A stretch of 64,000 nucleotides of DNA. Origin: an uncultured Pseudomonadota bacterium (lineage in GTDB: Bacteria; Pseudomonadota; Gammaproteobacteria; Burkholderiales; Usitatibacteraceae). The notes under the pieces are model-generated. The model did not search any database. It was not told the DNA's origin and saw nothing but the letters and a program-made list of their open reading frames with translations. The stretch's first letter is position 1, and the number at the start of each line of letters is the position of its first letter. This document shows, in pieces, positions 57,878-64,000 of this stretch. The stretch is taken from the NCBI GenBank assembly GCA_937898635.1, contig CALEJW010000045.1, positions 890-64,889 of the forward strand. Reading direction: 5' to 3'. The translations under genes were made by a program, and so were the position numbers.

Positions 57878-58609
57878 ATGAGTCGATCGGGAGAAGCGGA
57901 CGATCCGCGGCGCAGGCTGCTGGTCCAGGCGCTGGCGGCGGGCTTTTTCGGCGGGGGGCTCGCGGGGCGCGAGGCGCTCGCGCAACTGCTGGGAAGCGCT
58001 CCCTCGAAGCTGCCGCCCGGCCGGTCGATCTACCGCCTTTCCGGCGACGTGCAGGTGGACGGCCGTCCCGCCACGCTCGAGACCAAGGTCGGCGGACGCT
58101 CGACCCTCGAGACGGGCCGCAACAGCGAGATCGTCTACGCCGTGGGCCAGAGCGCGTTCATCCTGCGCGGGGAAAGCCGCGTGGTCCTGGAGACCGCGCA
58201 GTCCGATTCGCTCATCCTCTCGGGACTGCGGCTCCTGTCGGGCAAGATCCTCTCGGTCTTCGCCGCGCGCCGGCCCATGCAGCTCAAGGCCGCCACGGCC
58301 ACCATCGGCATCCGCGGGACGGGGGTGTACATGGAGGCCGATCCGGAGCAGACCTACTTCTGCACCTGCTACGGCGTGGCCGAGATCGCCTCGACGACCG
58401 ACCCGGAAAGCCAGGAAACGGTGGCGGCGCAGCACCACGACCGCCCGCTCTACATCGTGAAGGGCGCGCCCGCGGGCAGGAACATCCGCGAGGCGCCATT
58501 CATCAATCACACGGACCAGGAACTGATGCTGATCGAGGCGCTCGTGGGGCGCACGCCTCCCTTCGTCTTCCCCAAGAGCGACTACACGGGTCCGCGCCGG
58601 AACTACTGA
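57878..58609 (+). CDS. Tat-signal periplasmic protein with a FecR-like beta-rich domain
   Basis: DPRRRLLVQALAAGFFGGG is a twin-arginine signal. GDVQVDGRPATLETKVGGRSTLETGRNSEIVYAVGQSAFILRGESRVVLE resembles the FecR sensor fold. FCTCYG motif. Confidence 0.5.
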   Translation: MSRSGEADDPRRRLLVQALAAGFFGGGLAGREALAQLLGSAPSKLPPGRSIYRLSGDVQVDGRPATLETKVGGRSTLETGRNSEIVYAVGQSAFILRGESRVVLETAQSDSLILSGLRLLSGKILSVFAARRPMQLKAATATIGIRGTGVYMEADPEQTYFCTCYGVAEIASTTDPESQETVAAQHHDRPLYIVKGAPAGRNIREAPFINHTDQELMLIEALVGRTPPFVFPKSDYTGPRRNY

Positions 58610-58640
58610 GCGCGCGACGCTCCCGCGGCGCCCGCCCGGC

Positions 58641-60578
58641 TCACAGGGGGGCGCCGGCGAGGATCCAGTTCAGGAAGAGGTCGTATCCCGCGCGCGCCGG
58701 GTCCCCCGGCGCCGCGCTGGCGTCGAAGCCCGCGAGCTTGCCGCCGCTGTGGTGATTGCCCGAGGGCTTGCGCAGGAGCGGGCTCGCGGCGATGTCCGTG
58801 AAGTTGACCCGCCCGCGCACTTCCGCGTGGAACCAGGCGTCGTCGGTGGCGTCGCCCGCGATGGCGTCGCCGTTGCGGTCCGTGTTCGTGTAGAAGACCG
58901 GCGGGCGCGGCAAGGTCCCGGTCGGGCTGTGGCAGGTGGCGCAGATTCCCTGCAGCGTCGCCTTCACGTCGGCGAAGCGCACCGCGGAAGGTGCCGGGCT
59001 CAGGGCGGAATCCACCACGATCTTCAGCTGTGCCGGCGCGCTCTGCGCGGCGCCGTTCGTCGCGACGAGCTGCAGCACCCAGGTGCCGTTGGCCGGCGCA
59101 TTGAGCGTGGGATTCGCGGTGTTCGCGTCGGCGAGCGTGGCGCCCGCGGGACCGGAGACGATCGTCCAGGCATAGCCCGTCGCGTAGAGGCTCCCCGCGG
59201 CGCTCAGCGCGATCGCGCCCGGCCGCGCGACGCGGTCCGGGCCGGGATCGGCGACGGGACGCGTCCCCGGCATGGGCACGGCGCCGCCGGCGTCACGCAC
59301 CGTGTAACCCTCGCCCTCGAGGAAGGTGGCCAATGCCGCCGGCCCCGGCGAGCGCCAGAACGCGTCGAAGACGATCTTCGCGAGCGGCATGTTGCCGCGG
59401 TCCAGGACGTGGACCTTGGCGCGGTCGGCGAACTGGCGGAATTTCTCCCAGGTCGCGAAGTCGAGGTCCGACTGCGCGCCCGTGCCGCGCATGAGGTGGC
59501 AGGTGCGGCACGCGGGCGCGACGACCTCGTGGTAGAGCGTCGTCTGTCCCGCCGCCTGCCAGGAGGCCGGCACGAAGGTGTCGGAGAAGGTGGGCGAGGG
59601 CATCCCGTCGCCGCCGTAGAACGACTTGAGCATCGCCGCGGCGCTTCCCTGCCACTCCTGCGCGGCGGCGGGGCGCCGGCAGGCGTCCTCGGGGAGCGCG
59701 GACGGGGCCGGCAGGGGATAGGAGCACAGGATCATCTTGTTGATGGTCTTGATGGCCGCTTCCTGGTCGGCGCGGGTGAATCCCGGCATGGCGGAAAAAT
59801 CGAAGGCATCGACCTCGAAGGGATGCAGGCGCGCCTCGACGTCGCCGCGTGCCTGCGACACGGAGTTCTGGACGAGGTTGAAGCGGGGCTTCCCGGTCGC
59901 GTCGGGAGGCGTCAGCGCGTCCGCGCGCCCGCCGTGGCAGCTGATGCAGGGGCCGGGCATCGCCTTGGGACCCCGGCCATCGAGGTCCACGGCGAGCTCG
60001 CGCTCGCCCGTCTGCGCGTTGAAGTTGAAGAACTTCGCGAAGCTCGTCCCGCCCGCCGGCCCGGGGCTGAACTCGATGCCGTTCACGCCGATGAGGTGGC
60101 GAGAGTCGCGAACCACCGCGGCGTCGAGGTTGAGCGAGGTGTAGGTGTAGCCCGCGGCCGCCTCGACCAGGTAGTTCTCCACGAAGAAGGCGAGCGTTCC
60201 GTCGGCGTTCTGCCGCGCCGTCATCCGGCGCCCGTAGCCCAGGTCGCGCCGGTCGCCGAAGACCACGCTCACCTGCGTGCCGGCGCCCGTGTCGAATCCG
60301 TTGGCCGCCTTCCACTTCGCGAGCGTGTCCTTCGCGTTCGTGGGATCGATCGCGGCGTAGTAGGCCAGTGCGTAGGCGGTCGTGTCGGTCTGCAGCGTGC
60401 CGTCGGCCTGCTTCTGCGGGTTGGGGAAGAGCAGGAAGCTGTCGGGCCCGGAGGCGAGGGCGGGGGGCGCGGGGTTGGCCGGGCGGATGTCGCCCGGGCT
60501 TCCGCCCCCGCCGCAGGAGGCGAGGACGAGCGCCCCGGCGATGGCGCAGCCGAGGGCGGCGGGAAGGCTGGGTCTCAT
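58641..60578 (-). CDS. lipoprotein with three CxxCH haem-c motifs, an Ig/PKD-like domain and a planctomycete-cytochrome-C-like C-terminus
   Basis: Lipobox VLASC (Cys22). CISCH (59934-59948), CRTCH (59496-59510), CATCH (58929-58943). The C-terminus ...LLRKPSGNHHSGGKL...LFLNWILAGAP resembles PSCyt-type domains. Confidence 0.75.
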   Translation of the reverse strand: MRPSLPAALGCAIAGALVLASCGGGGSPGDIRPANPAPPALASGPDSFLLFPNPQKQADGTLQTDTTAYALAYYAAIDPTNAKDTLAKWKAANGFDTGAGTQVSVVFGDRRDLGYGRRMTARQNADGTLAFFVENYLVEAAAGYTYTSLNLDAAVVRDSRHLIGVNGIEFSPGPAGGTSFAKFFNFNAQTGERELAVDLDGRGPKAMPGPCISCHGGRADALTPPDATGKPRFNLVQNSVSQARGDVEARLHPFEVDAFDFSAMPGFTRADQEAAIKTINKMILCSYPLPAPSALPEDACRRPAAAQEWQGSAAAMLKSFYGGDGMPSPTFSDTFVPASWQAAGQTTLYHEVVAPACRTCHLMRGTGAQSDLDFATWEKFRQFADRAKVHVLDRGNMPLAKIVFDAFWRSPGPAALATFLEGEGYTVRDAGGAVPMPGTRPVADPGPDRVARPGAIALSAAGSLYATGYAWTIVSGPAGATLADANTANPTLNAPANGTWVLQLVATNGAAQSAPAQLKIVVDSALSPAPSAVRFADVKATLQGICATCHSPTGTLPRPPVFYTNTDRNGDAIAGDATDDAWFHAEVRGRVNFTDIAASPLLRKPSGNHHSGGKLAGFDASAAPGDPARAGYDLFLNWILAGAPL

Positions 60579-60589
60579 GCTCGGGTCCC

Positions 60590-63500
60590 CTAGAATCGCA
60601 TCAGGTACAGGATGGAGTACTGGTTCACGATGTAGCTGGAGATGCCCGAATTCTCCGGGCGCCAGAGCGGCGTGGTCTGGACCCGCCGCACCGAGAAGTC
60701 GATCGAGTCGCGCGGTCCCAGGGGCCGGTTGTAGCCGAGCGTGCCCAGGAGCATGCGGGCCTCGGCCCGGTAGGCGAAGTACTCGCCGCGGTCGAACGCG
60801 TCGTCGCGGACGAGGACCTCGGCGCTGTTCAGGTTCTCGAGGGAGCCCAGTCCCGAGGAGAACGTGTCGCCGCGCCGGTACTCGCCCGCGAGGTAGGCCG
60901 TGCCCGCCGCGCCCAGCGAGTAGTCGATGTTGAACTTCGCCGCCCAGTCGCGTCCCTCGAACACCGCGCTCTCGGCCCGGCGCCAGTTGGCCGCGACCTC
61001 GCCGAAGACGTCGATGCGGTCGGTGAGGGAGCGGCGCGCGTTGGCGCCGAAGGAATAGCGGCTGCCGCTGCGCAGGCGCGACTCGTAGCCGTCGATCCAG
61101 GCGCGCGCGAAGAGCGCGTAGGTGACGGAATCGAAGTCGCCCGAGGCCCGGTACTGCAGCTCTCCCTGGAGGCCGCCGGAGGTCCGGCCGAGGCCCGTGT
61201 GGTCGTGGAACTTGTCCACGCTGAAGAATCCCGTCGCGACCGCCCGCGAGTGCTCTCCCAGCGGGAAGGTGCGGCTCGCGTTGAGGCCGAGGCTGTAGAC
61301 CTGGTCGGAGAGCTTCTCGGCCGCGAGGCGACCGCGGCCCACGTTGTCGTCGAAGGTGTAGCCGATGTCCACGCCGACCGGTTCCGACAGCAGCTTCCAC
61401 GACCAGGCGTCCGGCCACGCGGGCAGGCGCCCGTCGAGGTCCTGCGAGAGGAGGAAGCGCACCGACTGGACCGTTCCCGGGCCGGAGAAGCGCTCGCCCT
61501 GGTAGTCGATGCCCAGGCGCAGGCCGCGCCGCCACAGGAAGTCGCTGCCGATCCCGAAGAGGAGCGAATTGCGGCTCGAGCCCGCCGGCGTCACCGAGTA
61601 GACGAGCCCGCCCGCCTGGTCCGCGTAGCTCAGGTTCGCGGCCCTGCCGCCGTCGAGCTCGCGCCGGAACTCGAGCCGCAGCCGCGGTGCGACCCAGCCG
61701 TAGTCGGTCTCGTGCCGGGTCTCCACCCGCAGGCCCGCCGCGGCCTGGGTGCTGCGCAGCGTCTGCTCGTGGAAGGTGAGGGCGTTCAGGCCCGCGCCGG
61801 ACTCGGTGGAGGCATCGAGGCGGTCCGAGGAGAAATCGACGCGGCCGTACGGGGAGATGAGGATGCCCTCGCGGCGCAGCTCGTAGCCCGCGGCGACGGA
61901 GCCGAAGACCTGCCGGCCCTTGCGCGTGCCGGTGGCGAACTCGTCCAGGGATTCGACGTAGCGGTCGGAATCGAGGTCGAGGGAGCCGAACCCGAGCACG
62001 GCGTCGACGAAGGTCGACGGCGTCGGCTGGTAGCTCCCGTAGCCCGCCACGAACGTGCCGCGGGCCTTGCTCCGCGAGCCGTCGCTGCCGATGTCGGTGC
62101 GGTCGCGGCCGTAGCCCAGGCCCATCCCGAGCACCAGCCGGTCGGAGAAGCGCCGGTCGGCGCCGAGGCTCAGGCCGTCGGTGCTGAAGCGGATGTCCGC
62201 GCCTTCATCGCCGGCGCCTCGCTTGCCGAAGTGGGCGAGCCCGCCCAGCCAGACGTTGGTGCCGGGGCGCAGCCCCCCGGATCCCCCGCCGTTCGTGCCG
62301 GCCGAAAGGTCGATCGTGTTCGACGTCGCCGCGCTCACGAGCGAGCCTGCGAGGATCGATTGCAGGAACCCCGCCGGCGCCGCGGGCCTCGGGCCGGCGC
62401 CGCCGGCCGTGAGGGAGACCGGCAGGAATCCGGACTTCGCCAGCGCATTGCCGAACGCGAACGGGTCGGCGGCCGCGTCCCGCTCGCGGGCCGTGGACGG
62501 TGCGGCCCTCGGCGCGGCGGCGGCCTTCGGCGCGCCGGCAGCCTCGGGCTCGGCCGGGGCCGGCGGCCCGGCATGCAGGGATTCCAGGCGGCGCTGGAAG
62601 TTGGCGATCTGCGCGCGCGAGAAACGGCGCGCCGTGCGCGCCTGCGCGTCGACGAGGCCGACGACGTTGCGGTCCTGCGCCGGGTCGGGCCGGCCGACCA
62701 CGTTCACGGTGACGAGTCCGGGCTCGGAGGTGCCCACGTTGCCGAATGCGTTGTAGGTGAACGAGTCGGCGCCGAAGAAGTCGCGGCGCGGCGTGTAGGT
62801 GACCTTCGTGCCGTTCACGCTGACCGTGCCGTGGGCCGGCGCCTTCGGGATCGAGACGCCGGTGACCCCGGAGCCGGTGATGAACGGCCGCAGGTCCATC
62901 GTCGCCGGCGTGTTGAGCGCCACCGTGAGGGTGGCCGCGGCCGCCGAGGGCTTCAGGGACGCCACGGTGAGGTTCACCGTGCCCGTCATGGAGGTGCCGC
63001 CGGCACTGGTCGCGGTGAAGGTGAAGCTGTCGGCGCCCGAGAACCCGGTGGCCGGCGTGTAGGTGACCTCGCGCGACCCGGGCGGCGGGGTGGATACGAG
63101 CCCGTTCGCCGGCAGCGTGACGATCGTCACCTGCGTGAAGGTTCCCGAGATGGGCAGCGTGATCGGCGTGGCCGTCTCGAAGGGCACGTTCACCTGGAGG
63201 TCGGCCGCGCCGGGCGCGGGAGGATTCACGGTGATCGTGACCAGCCCCGGGACGGAGGTGCCGCCCGGACCGGACGCCGTGACCTGGAAGCTGTCGGGGC
63301 CGAAGTAGCCCGCGCGCGGCGTGTAGGAAAGGCTGGTTGGCGTGACCGCTAGCGTCCCGTTCGCCGGGGGCGAGCTGATGGCGAAGCTGGTGACGAAGCC
63401 GGAGATGAGGCGGGCGAGGTCGATCGGCGTGGTGGTCTCGTACGGGACCACGACGGCGATCGGGTTCGCGACCGGGGCATCGGTGTAGTTGAGCGTGACC

Positions 63501-64000
63501 GTCGCCGGCGCGGAATTGCCCCCCAGGCCCGTCGCCTGGTAGGTGAAGGTGTAGCGGCCCGTCGCGCCGGGCGAGGGCGTGTAGGTCGCGATGAACCCGG
63601 CGATGGAGACGCTTCCCGCGGCGGGCGGAGAGACCACGGACACGCTCGAGAAGACGCCGCTCACCGCGAGCGACAGGTCGATCGGCGTGGTGGCGGTGGA
63701 CGAGACGAGCACGTTGATCGGCCCCGCCGTGGGCGGCGGCGGCGCCGACACGGTGACGGTCACGGTCGCCGAGCCCGAGGTGCCGCCCGCGTTGGTCGCG
63801 GTGTAGGTGAAGCTCGCCGGGCCGACGTAGCCGGCCGTGGGCGTGAAGGACACCGTGGTCGGGCCCGTGGCGACCACGGCGCCGTTGACCGGGCCGGAGG
63901 GCGTGACGGCCAGGACGGTCGCGCCCGGAGGGCCGATCAGGGCGGCGAGGTCTATGGTCGTGGAAACGACCGGCGCGCCGCTGTTGAACGGCACGGTGAC
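60590..64000 (-). CDS. autotransporter-type outer-membrane protein (5' end outside window): tandem Ig-like passenger repeats, linker, canonical autotransporter barrel, extra C-terminal barrel-like module
   Basis: Passenger repeats (see repeat feature). Linker RFSRAQIANFQRRLESL. Autotransporter beta-domain VWLGGLAHFG...STDGLSLGADRRF...GIDYQGERF (61436-62260). A further 281 aa follow (60593-61435), ending YSILYLMRF*. Confidence 0.8.
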   Translation of the reverse strand, partial: VTVPFNSGAPVVSTTIDLAALIGPPGATVLAVTPSGPVNGAVVATGPTTVSFTPTAGYVGPASFTYTATNAGGTSGSATVTVTVSAPPPPTAGPINVLVSSTATTPIDLSLAVSGVFSSVSVVSPPAAGSVSIAGFIATYTPSPGATGRYTFTYQATGLGGNSAPATVTLNYTDAPVANPIAVVVPYETTTPIDLARLISGFVTSFAISSPPANGTLAVTPTSLSYTPRAGYFGPDSFQVTASGPGGTSVPGLVTITVNPPAPGAADLQVNVPFETATPITLPISGTFTQVTIVTLPANGLVSTPPPGSREVTYTPATGFSGADSFTFTATSAGGTSMTGTVNLTVASLKPSAAAATLTVALNTPATMDLRPFITGSGVTGVSIPKAPAHGTVSVNGTKVTYTPRRDFFGADSFTYNAFGNVGTSEPGLVTVNVVGRPDPAQDRNVVGLVDAQARTARRFSRAQIANFQRRLESLHAGPPAPAEPEAAGAPKAAAAPRAAPSTARERDAAADPFAFGNALAKSGFLPVSLTAGGAGPRPAAPAGFLQSILAGSLVSAATSNTIDLSAGTNGGGSGGLRPGTNVWLGGLAHFGKRGAGDEGADIRFSTDGLSLGADRRFSDRLVLGMGLGYGRDRTDIGSDGSRSKARGTFVAGYGSYQPTPSTFVDAVLGFGSLDLDSDRYVESLDEFATGTRKGRQVFGSVAAGYELRREGILISPYGRVDFSSDRLDASTESGAGLNALTFHEQTLRSTQAAAGLRVETRHETDYGWVAPRLRLEFRRELDGGRAANLSYADQAGGLVYSVTPAGSSRNSLLFGIGSDFLWRRGLRLGIDYQGERFSGPGTVQSVRFLLSQDLDGRLPAWPDAWSWKLLSEPVGVDIGYTFDDNVGRGRLAAEKLSDQVYSLGLNASRTFPLGEHSRAVATGFFSVDKFHDHTGLGRTSGGLQGELQYRASGDFDSVTYALFARAWIDGYESRLRSGSRYSFGANARRSLTDRIDVFGEVAANWRRAESAVFEGRDWAAKFNIDYSLGAAGTAYLAGEYRRGDTFSSGLGSLENLNSAEVLVRDDAFDRGEYFAYRAEARMLLGTLGYNRPLGPRDSIDFSVRRVQTTPLWRPENSGISSYIVNQYSILYLMRF
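62696..64000 (-). repeat. five or more tandem ~87-aa (~260-nt) Ig-like passenger repeats
   Basis: Each unit reads roughly xxVxVxxxTxTPIDLxxxxSGxxTSxxIxSxPxxGTxxVxGTxVTYTPxxGFxGxDSFTYxAxxxGGTSxPxTVTxxV. Boundaries are near residues 84, 172, 259, 348 and 433 of the visible ORF. Confidence 0.85.

Overview
High-GC, densely coded proteobacterial chromosome segment; priB and the gene order suggest a beta- or gamma-proteobacterium. No non-coding gap exceeds about 180 nt. I saw no rRNA, CRISPR array, transposase, integrase or phage gene.

Most of the window is conserved housekeeping:
- rpsF-priB-rpsR-rplI-dnaB-alr-radA
- tRNA-Leu, tig-clpP-clpX-lon-hupB, tRNA-Val, tRNA-Asp, ppiD
- fabI
- a Yej/Dpp-type peptide ABC importer with three tandem paralogous binding proteins and a secreted M3 peptidase
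- sodB, mltD, a GNAT gene, gloB, a methyltransferase, rnhA, dnaQ and a GGDEF-EAL gene
- two c4-type monohaem cytochromes
- a long minus-strand run: DUF1841, nth, rnfB-like, ald, pyrD, bpt, aat, cysK, rhodanese, DUF934, cysI
- cysB

The less ordinary parts are:
1. 6.07-9.51 kb: a translationally coupled operon encoding a membrane cyclase-domain/PEGA protein, an internally duplicated TPR lipoprotein and a tail-anchored Ser/Thr kinase.
2. 9.6-13.4 kb: a squalene operon, hpnC-hpnD-hpnE, coupled to an SDR gene.
3. 52.07-52.77 kb: a Tat-exported Rieske-like protein whose cluster-ligand motifs look altered.
4. 52.85-57.7 kb: a TetR/adaptor/RND efflux operon with clear operator palindromes.
5. 57.9-64.0 kb: the best candidate for something undescribed. 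It holds a Tat-signal FecR-like protein, a repeat-rich autotransporter (5' end outside the window) and a three-CxxCH lipoprotein. The autotransporter's canonical barrel is followed by a second beta-barrel-like module of about 281 aa, and the lipoprotein gene starts 12 nt after it.

All family assignments come from reading the translated ORFs and recalling motifs. No database search was run.
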